Positions 31,301-41,026 of a stretch of 64,000 nucleotides of DNA are shown piece by piece. The stretch is from the IMG/VR virus record IMGVR_UViG_3300035034_001216, positions 1-64,000 of that record; one strand, given 5' to 3'. Every line of letters begins with the position of its first letter. The stretch's first letter is position 1. The notes beneath the pieces are model-generated. The model saw only the letters and a list, made by a program, of their open reading frames with translations. It searched no databases and was not told the DNA's origin. The stretch comes from a virus. The translations under genes and the position numbers were made by a program.

Positions 31301-34300
31301 TGTTTGTTCAATCTGAAATGGGAGCACTACCTTCCTTTAGAATGGCAGTACTTAGAGAATATGATACTAGTGGTCCTGAAATAATGAAAGAGTTATTTGA
31401 TAGACTTTTATCAGAGGCTACAACTGCTGACGAAAAAAATTATATAATTAAAATGTTTGATGATTTTGATAGAGCGGACGCACAGGGTTTTGCAATGCCA
31501 TCAAGATTAGATGATATACGAGAAGGAGCAGGTCAATCTTTCTCACAGGGTACTGCAATTAAGGGGGTTATTTACACTAAAAGAATTCAATCCTTAGATA
31601 GTATTAATGAAAACGGTAAAATACAAAGTGAAGAAAGACTAATTCCTACTGCTGTTAAATATTCTACATTTGTATTAACAGATGGGTTATTACAATTTAA
31701 GACAGTTATTGATGAAAAAACAAAAAAACCTATACGTAAATATAAATATCCCGCTGCTGCAAAATTAGCTGAATGGATGACTGCTAATAAAATAGATGAG
31801 GTAGTTTTTCAATCAGGAGTTAAAGTTGGTTCAGCTACTCCGGAGCATTTATATAGTTTAGAAGATATAGTAGCTCTTGATCGTAAACTGGATAAAGATG
31901 AATACTCTTCATTAAGTTCTGGAAATTATAATAAATCTAGTGCTGAGTACTATAAAGAAAGAATAGCAGCTATTGAATCAAAAGGTGATGATAATTATAC
32001 AGAACAAGATATAGAAGATCTTAAAGTGTTAAGAAAAAGTCAGAGAGTAAATAATGTTAAACTTTCTGTAATGGAAATTAACAACTCTGATTTTAGATTA
32101 CAGCAAAATCCTACTAGTAATAAAGAGTTTAACAAGGAAAGTGCTACTCCCTCACAGCTTGTTTATGTTATGAATATAGCAGCTTCTTCTTTAATGAAAG
32201 ATGAAGTAACAGGTATATATGATAAGTTTTCTCAAATCATGAAGGTTCAGGGTAAAGAGTTAATGGATCAATTAATAAATCCTGATAATGTTAGTGCTGA
32301 ATATTTCAAAAAAGTAATAGCTGATAAAATGAAAGGTCCCGGTAATGAAGGATTTGCTGAAGCTTTATCTGCGGGAGTTAATATTAATTTTCCTTCAATG
32401 ATGCAAAAATTAGGAATTCAATTTTCTTCTTTCATATCAAATGAAGTATTGGCAACTAAGTTTCCCGGAGGAAAATTTCAACTAGTATCTGATGTTATAT
32501 ACAATCATCCTGTAACAGGAAAACCATTGACTATTGTTAAGAATGAAGATGGTACGGCTGTGTATGCGGAGGTATTAGTTCCTAAAAGATTTGCTGATAG
32601 ATTACCTATAGATACAATGTTAGGAATAGACGGAGTTACTATACGTATACCTACATCAGGGCTTCACTCTACACTTCCATTTAAAGTAGTGGGTTATACT
32701 GATGAAGACTCTGATATCTTCGTAGGACCGCAACATATGACACCCGTTCAAGGTAGTGACTTTGATGCTGATGCTGTGTTTATAATTAGAGATATAACTT
32801 GGCAAGATTTTGAAAAAATATTCTTTCAAGAATTTAAATTAAGCAATGAATTAAAAAGTGATATAAGAAAGTATATTGCTAAAAATCATAATAAAAAAAC
32901 TGAAGACTTAAATGGTGATCCTAAAATTTCATCTACCGTTGTGGAAGAAAAAGACTTGGAAAACTTTTTATCTGAGTTTATTAATTCTGAAGAAATTGAT
33001 TTAAAAAAGTTTCAGAAGTTACAAAAAATGACTAACCTTAGACAAGGTATTATACGTCATATAAAGAAAATTCTTTCTGACCCTTCTGATCATAATGTAA
33101 AAGAAATGTTTTCCCCTATATATATGGGCCTTATTAATTCAAAAGAAGGTAACAGTGTGTACAACTGGTTAGCGAAAATGAGAGAAGTTAATTTTGATGA
33201 TCTATTAAAAAATCTAGATATATCCAGACCTCAATATAAAAACGCTTATTATCACAGGAATTTTGATGGTAATGCATTAACAGGTATTTTTGCTAACTTG
33301 TTTAAAGCATTGTCTTATATGGAAAAGGCAGGTATTAATGGTGAAAGACCTATGCTTAAGGAAAAGTTTTCTAAACAAAAGGATGAAAATGGTAAGTCTA
33401 TCAAAGTTAAAAACACAACATCTGATATTATAATTGGAGATGTCACTTACAATCAAATGCAAGAGAACACTACATTTCTTGACAATAATGTTAGTGTAAG
33501 AATGATAATGGATATCTTTATCAACTTGGCTATTGATAACGTAAAAGAGCAAGGTCTTCCTACTATTAATGCTTCCACTCAAACGGCAGCTCCTTATGTA
33601 TTAGGGCTATCACTAGGTATACCGTTAGAACAAATGGTAGGTCTTATGACTTCTCCTATGGCTATGAAAATAAGTTACTTTAAAAAGAGATCTGCTCCTT
33701 CTATGGTTAGAAATGTTATTCAGGAGCTTTATGATCAAGAAGACTTAATGGACAAAGCATCTGAAATTGAAATCACTAAAGAACTATTAGAGAAGCAAAC
33801 TCTTTATGACGGTAAACAATTGAAGAATTTAACAAAAGAAGAGCTTATAGAGCAATACGCACTTCTTAATTTCTTTGAAAAATTAAATACTCCTTCTGAG
33901 GAGTTGAATGATATATCTATGAACTTGAGTGTTATACAAAATATGCAAGTTAACTTCAAAGATATTGAAAAACTAGTTAACTACTTTAAAACTAAGCTTA
34001 AACTGTCTAAAGAAACGCTTGATAAACAAGGAGACCAAAATGAAATTAACTTTCTGGGTAGTTTAAATTCCGAAGAAGTAGAATATAATTCAAATAACTT
34101 TTCTATGCCTGAGTTATTTAAATCTGCTCCTCATATTTATCAATCAATTATTCATCAAAGAGCAATGCATGAGTATATTTCAAAATCATTACACATATAT
34201 ACACAGCAAGATCATTTTAAAACGTTTTTGAAAAAGTTACAAGTTAACATTAGTGAGGGATTTAATCAAGAAGATAGAGAAGATTTTTTAAGAAAAGAAG

Positions 34301-35640
34301 TTTTACACTTTTTTGCATCTTCTTTACCCAAAGTAAAAGAAATAAGAGAGCATCCTAGGAATGCGACACATCCATCCTATAGTTTTATTACAATGTCTAA
34401 TATAGATACATGGCAATACGAATTTGCAGAACAAGTAAAAGTATTAAAAGATAAGTTTCCAACTAATACATTTTTAGCAGGGTTGCAAATAGTTTACAAT
34501 AAAGGCGCAGGAAGAGCATTCATATCTTTAAGTAGTGGTAGAGCTTTAGATCCTATTTACATGTATGAAATGCAAAATGATTTTAAACAGCTTCCTAAAA
34601 GTGTACAAGAAGAATTTGTTAAGTATGTGATAATGTTTTACGGGGGTAAGTTTGGTTCAGCAAATTTTGTTATGACCATTCCCGGAGAAAGATATGTTGA
34701 CTATTCTAATGATATAGCAGATCTATTAAAAGAAGTAATTGATAAAAATGTATCTGAAAAATTTGATGTTGTAAAAGACCTTCTTGAAATACAAGTGATG
34801 ATCAACTCTCATGCTAAACTGTTTACATTTAATAAAAAATCAGTTGTAAGAGTTGAAAATGCTTCTTTTGAATTAGATAATAAGGATAAAGACCCTATAT
34901 ATTTTGATATGTATCATTCAAAAAGTATTGAAGCTGAAGGATTTCAATCTGATGAAAACAATAAAGACGAAGACCAAGACGATACAGAAGACGATATTAA
35001 TGAAACACAAGTAGAGTTAGAGGATGATAGACTTAAAAGCGCTAAGAAAAAATATATATCATTTGCTTTTAGAAAGAAAGGAAAAAACGCTTCTTATTTT
35101 TATTCAGTTTATAGAAGAATTGATTTACCAACTGAGTTAATGCCAAAAGATTGGAAAGATAAAGATATATATAAATATATAGGTACTTTAAGAAACAGTA
35201 AGAGTTATACATTTGATTCGGAAACACTTGATGGGCAAACTATTGATTCTCGATCATACAAAATAGAAGAAAGATTTAATCCTTTTTTACCAAGCAGAGG
35301 TATAGATAAAAAAAGTTTTGATGAAGGAAAATATACTCAATCAGTAGTTACTAGTGATATGAAGGAAGGTATGAACATTATAATGTATCCTTCTCAAGAT
35401 TTTTCTAGACAAAATGCTAAGCTGTTTAAAGTAGATTCTGTAATTACAACTACTGAAGATGATGTGATTGTTAAAAAAATTACGTATATTGAAGTAGATA
35501 GTCAAGTACCTTTTGTAAAAGAAGTAGATACTAATTACGGAACTTACTCAGGTGTTGAATCTAAATTAAGTAAAGAAGAGCAGGCTATGTATTTAAAGTA
35601 CCTGACCGAACTAAAGAATACTGAAAACATTTGTGATTAG
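28393..35640 (+). CDS. Virion-packaged DNA-dependent RNA polymerase (crAss/phi14:2 gp66-like, two-barrel)
   Basis: DYIKRL, ADAQGF, SGVKVG, RIPTSGLHS, catalytic GSDFDADA, TGIFAN, AIDNVKE; 2415 aa. Confidence 0.9.
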   Translation: MICKYRYKGQMYSEDEIRNLLGNEFFEKEQFNIKEYEGAGAGMTTYSPIRLVTLNEIFGSDTESLIRAQDIITKRMGEIVYIGNVGENKTRGVRNEDGTLKEEQSYIFKLNKKVQEGRSLLGPIPKRSLYVPETLERASETMYQNIVRYLRLVEDMQKKRPLTEKEEAKFLPLYTSLSKLEDKNNFKHFLSTMYPEGRNTINSSNLNTLDPLSDQDIQTIYVDIQDNIKKDQEKSQSKHIKFLTNFIEYQTLSPEGKEVMKIIRQPKFSYLVLLETLSGSFNSRNLLYELDRTFKNLMGISPDTDISNLTEKQQKIKGIYIKLTELITYQLETGLEIQEDNILNSIKFEGEDNLIFDNTFKLNLHKTFNSKINKDSNKIITRTRIKGGKKGVETTYDFLERMVKVINSQILANPNLSEKDLVGIKDLAKAWTYHYNKLTLQDLFSLLSSQRNSHPEITGISGKYGSIVFTTRPITKGSHAYDLRTIFSDKLIRMFNTKSAVDEFKKKPYYKEILKLSDPKKKSLDDKTKAINLFTRNLLGKNNIKITNNDDLRIISRQINYFFTELDKITITQEDLDHLSARILAGDQTVEDEIENTPLADAIIEGSANTIVSKLAEYYDEVGTRSQKAVGVSADGTPFYVYHLSSYIEKLHDYVAEAEGFNQVRRVKNKISNAERFDMHPELVKKYTSRNPIGKRTSIGNIKLDRGTKNYGFPVMYNREKTNDWFKREFSTGFITAVKNSSNDVIYYNHYYAPISNKPNAKMVELEVLSSANLRANIKDIISIIEDRPEDLNGLIKNYNSEDTLLFRVLNEVDRSKSRDDVVSQIYDKLLDIAIEEAQEFVVDNELYISKEIRDVEAKLRGNGKIGEEHDNRLLKALKRAKIISEKDQTINKSPDFSYGSKTLSDNNTSIKNYDNKVQEFIEVYSYFFVNHYVNSFLLGDLFVGDAAFFKDENDYIKRLSIPFSPGVSMFVQSEMGALPSFRMAVLREYDTSGPEIMKELFDRLLSEATTADEKNYIIKMFDDFDRADAQGFAMPSRLDDIREGAGQSFSQGTAIKGVIYTKRIQSLDSINENGKIQSEERLIPTAVKYSTFVLTDGLLQFKTVIDEKTKKPIRKYKYPAAAKLAEWMTANKIDEVVFQSGVKVGSATPEHLYSLEDIVALDRKLDKDEYSSLSSGNYNKSSAEYYKERIAAIESKGDDNYTEQDIEDLKVLRKSQRVNNVKLSVMEINNSDFRLQQNPTSNKEFNKESATPSQLVYVMNIAASSLMKDEVTGIYDKFSQIMKVQGKELMDQLINPDNVSAEYFKKVIADKMKGPGNEGFAEALSAGVNINFPSMMQKLGIQFSSFISNEVLATKFPGGKFQLVSDVIYNHPVTGKPLTIVKNEDGTAVYAEVLVPKRFADRLPIDTMLGIDGVTIRIPTSGLHSTLPFKVVGYTDEDSDIFVGPQHMTPVQGSDFDADAVFIIRDITWQDFEKIFFQEFKLSNELKSDIRKYIAKNHNKKTEDLNGDPKISSTVVEEKDLENFLSEFINSEEIDLKKFQKLQKMTNLRQGIIRHIKKILSDPSDHNVKEMFSPIYMGLINSKEGNSVYNWLAKMREVNFDDLLKNLDISRPQYKNAYYHRNFDGNALTGIFANLFKALSYMEKAGINGERPMLKEKFSKQKDENGKSIKVKNTTSDIIIGDVTYNQMQENTTFLDNNVSVRMIMDIFINLAIDNVKEQGLPTINASTQTAAPYVLGLSLGIPLEQMVGLMTSPMAMKISYFKKRSAPSMVRNVIQELYDQEDLMDKASEIEITKELLEKQTLYDGKQLKNLTKEELIEQYALLNFFEKLNTPSEELNDISMNLSVIQNMQVNFKDIEKLVNYFKTKLKLSKETLDKQGDQNEINFLGSLNSEEVEYNSNNFSMPELFKSAPHIYQSIIHQRAMHEYISKSLHIYTQQDHFKTFLKKLQVNISEGFNQEDREDFLRKEVLHFFASSLPKVKEIREHPRNATHPSYSFITMSNIDTWQYEFAEQVKVLKDKFPTNTFLAGLQIVYNKGAGRAFISLSSGRALDPIYMYEMQNDFKQLPKSVQEEFVKYVIMFYGGKFGSANFVMTIPGERYVDYSNDIADLLKEVIDKNVSEKFDVVKDLLEIQVMINSHAKLFTFNKKSVVRVENASFELDNKDKDPIYFDMYHSKSIEAEGFQSDENNKDEDQDDTEDDINETQVELEDDRLKSAKKKYISFAFRKKGKNASYFYSVYRRIDLPTELMPKDWKDKDIYKYIGTLRNSKSYTFDSETLDGQTIDSRSYKIEERFNPFLPSRGIDKKSFDEGKYTQSVVTSDMKEGMNIIMYPSQDFSRQNAKLFKVDSVITTTEDDVIVKKITYIEVDSQVPFVKEVDTNYGTYSGVESKLSKEEQAMYLKYLTELKNTENICD

Positions 35641-35646
35641 AAAATT

Positions 35647-38600
35647 ATGGCATGTAAAGTAATATATAGAGGACAGGAATATAATGAAGACGTATTTCTA
35701 TCAAGAGTTGAAAATAACTTAATACCAGAAATTGAGTTTATTAATGCTATGGCTAACAAAACAGTTGGTTACGTTTTTAACAAACACAGTGATGTTTTTT
35801 ATAAAGACGTTTCTGATTTAGATCTAAATAAAAAGTCTTTTGAATCCAAAGTTTTACCCAAATTATCAGAAGCTTCTGGAACAATATATGATATTATTAA
35901 ACATAAAATCCCCGAAGATTTAAAGATACTGAGTGTTGATGAAATAGGGTACAATAAAAGCAGAAGAGTTCTTGGCAATTATAACTATAATGAAAGAGAA
36001 ATAAAAATATTTGATCATGACGGTTATGAAGACAGTAAAGAACAAACTCTTATCCATGAGCTATTTCACAGTGCATTTGACGCTTTTATAGAAGCAGATG
36101 CTAGTCAGCTAACTTCAGAACAAAATAGTGCTATAACAGAGCTTAAAGGGCTTTTTGAAGAATACCACGTTAATATTCCTGAAGGTGCAATTAATTTCAA
36201 AGAGGAATCTGATAATGTAAAAACTCAATTAAAAGAATTTATCAACGAGGCAATTACAAATCCTAAATTTTTAGAACAGTTAAACAAGATAAATATTAAT
36301 AAATCTAGCAATGAAAATAACCTTAATAAATGGGTACAAGCGTTTATAGATATTATTAATAAGTTATTTGGATTAACTGAGGGAAGCATGGCTTCAAGTC
36401 TTATGAGTAATGTTATTTTTTTAATGAATACTCCTAAGCCTGAGGTCTCTTATAAAGTTGCTATTGCAAACAGAGAGGCTCCTGATATATCAAAAGTTGA
36501 TGAAGACGTTTTCGAAAATCAAAAAAAGTGGCAATCCATTATTGAAAAACATATGGATGATTTTAAAGAATTAAGCCACTTTGTAGATGATAAAGGAGAA
36601 GAACAAAATTATTATATGTGGCTTGGTCGTCGTTATGACGGTCTTACTTCTGTTATTAAAAATGACATTAGAGGTTTTCAAGAAGAGTTTGATTGGATAC
36701 AAAATTTAGCTGATTATGAATGGGATCAAGCGGGGTATAGTCCTAGCGTGATGCTCAACATAGTTGGTATGAAAGATAAAGTTGATAAAGCTGAGTTTAT
36801 AAAAAGAAAAAGATATGAGTTAGAAACTAATATGGCTAAAGGTAGATTAATTCACTACCAATTTCAGATACATATTGGTAATGGAAATAGACAGGCTATT
36901 GAAAAAAAGATGGAAGACATTCGAGATGAATACAGTCTTAGAATGGAAAGCACATCATGGGTAGAAGGATTATATGAATTTTATAAAAATAATATGTCCT
37001 ATACTAATAGGACTAAAGATTATTCAGAAGTACCATTAGCTAGTGATGAATTAGGAATAGCTACTACAATTGACCATATGATTCTTTATGATGATGGTCA
37101 AGTAGGTATAAATGATTGGAAATCTGGTAAGTCATTTGAGAATAAGGTCACCACTAATATGATGAAGTATGGTGATGTGCCGGGGATTGATATTGAAAAT
37201 ACTCCTATAAATGCTGCTAAACTCCAAGTAATGCTGGGAGCAGTTCTTTGGAAAATGAAACATCCAGAAGCACAATTTAAAAAACTAACAGTTCAATGGG
37301 TTAATAGATCAAATGAAACTAAGAGATATAGACCTACATCTGATGTAGATGTTGAAAGTTATTTGAAATTGGTAGAAGAATGGATGTTAGACAATCATCC
37401 TGAAGTTCATAAAAAATATCAAAACACTGGTCTTTTTACTAAATCATCTTATACTGGTTATCATAATTACACAACTACTGAGATGTTAAGAAGGGGTGTT
37501 GAGCCTAGTAAATATGAACAATTATTAGAAACTGACATTCTTAAAATAGCTCAATCAAAAGGATTTAGTGCTAGAAAAATAGCAGATCAGCAAGGTAGAG
37601 TTGGTTTGTCTGAAAGAGAGGAGTTAGCAGCAACAGCTAGAACATTACTAGAACTATCTGCAGGTGATGACCAATTTGATTCAAGAGGTGATAATCAGAT
37701 AGCCAGAGACTTACACCCTATAAAAAGGTGGATAGCTTCTTATGAAGATATAGATAACCCTTATTTGAACGAATTTAAAAAAATACTTGATAGAAAATCT
37801 AACTTAGCTAGAAGAGAAATAAATAAAAAACGTTTAGAATTTGAATCCCTGATGCTTCCTATTTATAAAACATGGATAGCTGCTCAAGGTAAAACGTTTT
37901 CACAAGCAGCATTTAAAGGTAGATTAACATCAGTTAGTCCTTGGAATGAAAAAGGAACAGGTTTATTTCAGTTTGCATGGATTAATGAAGAAATAGAGAA
38001 AGGATATAACAAAGATGTTCTTGTACATCCTGAAAAACATCCTGAAACTTGGAAAACTCTAAGTAATGACCAGCAAAAACTTTTAAATTTCTTTCATGAT
38101 ACTTTACATAGTTATTGGGATCCAAAAAATCCTGAGTCATTAATGAATAAAGTTGTTGGTACAGATGCTAGAAATAGACCTATAACTAATTATGATAAAG
38201 TAAAAGGTAAGTTTGCTAACTTTGGTAATAAAATATATGAATACGAAAAGGGAATGACTCCTCGTTATCATATGGGAAGTAAAGAAGTTATAGATAGATT
38301 TAAGTTTGGCGGTAAAACTATGCAATATATCTTCAATAAATACTTTACATTTAGGCTGGAAAATAACTGGGAGGAGTGGCAAAATGAAGAAGAAATAATC
38401 CCTGTAAAAGGTATTGAAAACGATCATAATACTCAAGATGATATGTATACACGTAATGTGGAAATCATGTTTGACCGTATGGTTCGTAATATGGAACTCA
38501 AAGACAAGCTGGATTATGTATATGCATTAGGACAAGGTATACGTACTTACTTACGTTTAAAAGATGATGGTCAAGGAGCTAATATGTATAAAAATACTAT

Positions 38601-40131
38601 TGACTTTTTAGAAGATCAATTACTAATGGATATACTCAATCAAGTTAAAACTAGTAATTTCTCCAATAAAATGTTTAAGACACTAACATTAAAGTTTCCA
38701 ACTAAGTTCGTAGGTAACGATGATAAAAAAGACCAAAGAAAAAATGAAACAGGATTTCAAGTAACAGCTATATCTTTTCATAAGATAATTCAATCTATGA
38801 AACATTTAGCATCGGCATCTATTATGTGGTTACAACCTATTAATGGTACTCGTAACGGTATATTTGTTAGTATTGTAAACGCTAAAGATGCCATTAGAAA
38901 CTCTATAGTTGAAAGAACTCTGGATGGTATTGATGAGAATTTTATAGATTTTACAGTTAAAGACATGGCATTTGCTCATAAAGAGGTTATGAAAATGTAT
39001 CGTGATTCTATGGTAGGAGATGTTAGAAAAAATAAAGTATATATACTCGCCAAAAGACTTGATTATTTACCAGATAACTTTGATTGGGCTACTTCAGAAA
39101 ATGAGCTTATTAGTGGTAATATGACATTAGTGCAGGAAAGTACTATGTATATGTTTCACACTATACCTGAGGAATTTAATGCACTTGCTATCATGGTAGC
39201 ACAGTTAAACAAAATGAAGAATAGATCTACTGGTAAAACTATATATGAGTCATATTCAGAACCTAAAGATATTGGAAATGGCGTATATGATGTAGAATGG
39301 ACTGGTGGTGTAAGAGGTATTGTTAAAAGAGGTCAGATAGAAGAGGAATTAACTGAATTAGATGGTCTTGAAGTACGTAAAATGAAGAGAGTATACCAGC
39401 GTATGCATGGTAACTATAGACGTGAAGAACGAGCAGCTATGGAAGCTTATATTATAGGTCAAGTATTTATACAGTTTAGAAAATACTTACCCTCTATTAT
39501 TATAGGTTCGTTTGGAGGGTTACGTAAAGATCAAACATTAGGGTATTATAAATTTACCGGAGATAAGAAGGATGGTAAAGAAGTAATGGAATGGACTGCT
39601 AGGCAAATTGAAGGTAGGTTTAGAGTCTTTGGTAGATTTTTAATGAATTTTTTAAGTTCAGAGAAAACATTATGGGATAACATGAAGACTGATCAAAAAG
39701 CACAAGTTATTGACTTTGGTGTTACAATGAGTTTTATGCTAATGATGTTGGCAGCTATGGCAGCAATCTTTGACGACGATGATGAAAAAGATTCATTCAA
39801 ACTTTGGTTAGATGTAATTAGACAAAACTCTACACAACACTGGAACTTCATGGATCAAATACGGTCATTACAACAACCTCCTGCTACGATTAAAAAACAA
39901 TTTGATTTGGCATTAGGTCTTGGTGAATTAACAGCATCTTTATATTTATTGACAATAGGTGATTCTGAAGGAGCATTAACTAGAGATGGTAGAATTAAAG
40001 GTATGGCTCAAACACAAAAGTCTTTACCGTTTGCATCTTCTATATATACAGCAAGACGTTTTGTAAATAACACTGACTTTTTAGGAGATAAAAATGAAAA
40101 CTTGGGAGTCTACTTGTGGAGAACTCGATAA
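35647..40131 (+). CDS. Large virion protein with zincin-like and PD-(D/E)xK nuclease-like domains
   Basis: TLIHELFH...KEFINEAITNP (zincin); KGRLIH...SEVPL...IATTIDHM...INDWKSGK (Cas4/AddB-like nuclease); MHGNY and QFRKY C-terminal ejection-protein motifs. Confidence 0.78.
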   Translation: MACKVIYRGQEYNEDVFLSRVENNLIPEIEFINAMANKTVGYVFNKHSDVFYKDVSDLDLNKKSFESKVLPKLSEASGTIYDIIKHKIPEDLKILSVDEIGYNKSRRVLGNYNYNEREIKIFDHDGYEDSKEQTLIHELFHSAFDAFIEADASQLTSEQNSAITELKGLFEEYHVNIPEGAINFKEESDNVKTQLKEFINEAITNPKFLEQLNKININKSSNENNLNKWVQAFIDIINKLFGLTEGSMASSLMSNVIFLMNTPKPEVSYKVAIANREAPDISKVDEDVFENQKKWQSIIEKHMDDFKELSHFVDDKGEEQNYYMWLGRRYDGLTSVIKNDIRGFQEEFDWIQNLADYEWDQAGYSPSVMLNIVGMKDKVDKAEFIKRKRYELETNMAKGRLIHYQFQIHIGNGNRQAIEKKMEDIRDEYSLRMESTSWVEGLYEFYKNNMSYTNRTKDYSEVPLASDELGIATTIDHMILYDDGQVGINDWKSGKSFENKVTTNMMKYGDVPGIDIENTPINAAKLQVMLGAVLWKMKHPEAQFKKLTVQWVNRSNETKRYRPTSDVDVESYLKLVEEWMLDNHPEVHKKYQNTGLFTKSSYTGYHNYTTTEMLRRGVEPSKYEQLLETDILKIAQSKGFSARKIADQQGRVGLSEREELAATARTLLELSAGDDQFDSRGDNQIARDLHPIKRWIASYEDIDNPYLNEFKKILDRKSNLARREINKKRLEFESLMLPIYKTWIAAQGKTFSQAAFKGRLTSVSPWNEKGTGLFQFAWINEEIEKGYNKDVLVHPEKHPETWKTLSNDQQKLLNFFHDTLHSYWDPKNPESLMNKVVGTDARNRPITNYDKVKGKFANFGNKIYEYEKGMTPRYHMGSKEVIDRFKFGGKTMQYIFNKYFTFRLENNWEEWQNEEEIIPVKGIENDHNTQDDMYTRNVEIMFDRMVRNMELKDKLDYVYALGQGIRTYLRLKDDGQGANMYKNTIDFLEDQLLMDILNQVKTSNFSNKMFKTLTLKFPTKFVGNDDKKDQRKNETGFQVTAISFHKIIQSMKHLASASIMWLQPINGTRNGIFVSIVNAKDAIRNSIVERTLDGIDENFIDFTVKDMAFAHKEVMKMYRDSMVGDVRKNKVYILAKRLDYLPDNFDWATSENELISGNMTLVQESTMYMFHTIPEEFNALAIMVAQLNKMKNRSTGKTIYESYSEPKDIGNGVYDVEWTGGVRGIVKRGQIEEELTELDGLEVRKMKRVYQRMHGNYRREERAAMEAYIIGQVFIQFRKYLPSIIIGSFGGLRKDQTLGYYKFTGDKKDGKEVMEWTARQIEGRFRVFGRFLMNFLSSEKTLWDNMKTDQKAQVIDFGVTMSFMLMMLAAMAAIFDDDDEKDSFKLWLDVIRQNSTQHWNFMDQIRSLQQPPATIKKQFDLALGLGELTASLYLLTIGDSEGALTRDGRIKGMAQTQKSLPFASSIYTARRFVNNTDFLGDKNENLGVYLWRTR

Positions 40132-40151
40132 CAGACCAGACCTGAGCAACT

Positions 40152-40190
40152 AAAAAAAGGGGATATACCGTTATGGCATATCCCCTTTTA
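40152..40190. terminator. Bidirectional rho-independent terminator between the convergent arms
   Basis: AAAAGGGGATAT-acc-gttat-ggc-ATATCCCCTTTT inverted repeat with A and T tracts on either side. Confidence 0.9.
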
Positions 40191-40209
40191 CTTTTACTAA
40201 CTAACCTTT

Positions 40210-40605
40210 TTAATACTTCTTACCATGTTTATGTTCTCTCAATCTATTATAACGCATCTTAGCGTTAATTTGAGCAAGCATATTTATTCCCTCTCCTGCT
40301 GCTAAATCAAAAATACGTATAAGAGCATCAGCTAGCTCATTCTCATACGTATCCTTAATATTTTTCCTCATATACTCCTTGAATTGTTCATCATCTTCAA
40401 TTTGTACTGCTTTAATTGCTTGTTCGTTTTTACTATGTTGTCCTTTTCTATGACATTCAAGGGCTTCTGAAACTTCAGCATGAATTAAGGCCAGTAGTTC
40501 ACCGCGATTACGCTTTTCACCATCTTCCCAAAATCCTTTCTCTATTGCTGTTGCATGTGCTTTATCTAAAAGCTTTTTAAAATCAGTTTCAAATTCCATT
40601 ATCAT
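40210..40605 (-). CDS. MazG-like NTP pyrophosphohydrolase
   Basis: LALIHAEVSEALE and ELADALIRIFD, C-terminal KMRYN..R..KHGKKY. Confidence 0.85.
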   Translation of the reverse strand: MIMEFETDFKKLLDKAHATAIEKGFWEDGEKRNRGELLALIHAEVSEALECHRKGQHSKNEQAIKAVQIEDDEQFKEYMRKNIKDTYENELADALIRIFDLAAGEGINMLAQINAKMRYNRLREHKHGKKY

Positions 40606-40608
40606 ATA

Positions 40609-40890
40609 TTATATTTTATAAGATTTACCGCAGACACATGTTATCTTTGACGGTCTTATTCTAAACATACTACCTCTTAACTCTTCCAGCTCTTTTCTCT
40701 CAGCAGTAATTTGCTTACGAATTTTAACTATATAATTAAGAGCATCCCCAAGCTCTTCTTGGAGATGTAGTAAGTAATCATCTTTATTGTTCTCTTCTAG
40801 TGTTGTACCATATTTTTTAATACCTACATCACTTCTATCTTTCAGAAACTTCATAGCTTCTGTAACTATTGGATCTTTACTTTTTTTCAT
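40609..40890 (-). CDS. Small all-alpha NTP-pyrophosphatase-like protein
   Basis: RSDVGIKKYGTTL...HLQEELGDALNY motif. Confidence 0.7.
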   Translation of the reverse strand: MKKSKDPIVTEAMKFLKDRSDVGIKKYGTTLEENNKDDYLLHLQEELGDALNYIVKIRKQITAERKELEELRGSMFRIRPSKITCVCGKSYKI

Positions 40891-41008
40891 TTATTTCATC
40901 CCACTTCTTAAACATTTCAAATAGCATATAAACTGCTACTCCTACACATGTAGTTAATACTCCAAAGTATATTATTGTTATTAATAATAGATTTGTTGTT
41001 GTTATCAT
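40877..41008 (-). CDS. Small single-TM protein (43 aa, not in ORF track)
   Basis: Hand translation MITTTNLLLITIIYFGVLTTCVGVAVYMLFEMFKKWDEINEKK*; fills the gap between genes. Confidence 0.5.
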   Translation of the reverse strand: MITTTNLLLITIIYFGVLTTCVGVAVYMLFEMFKKWDEINEKK

Positions 41009-41026
41009 TTTTGTCTTTTTTTATTA

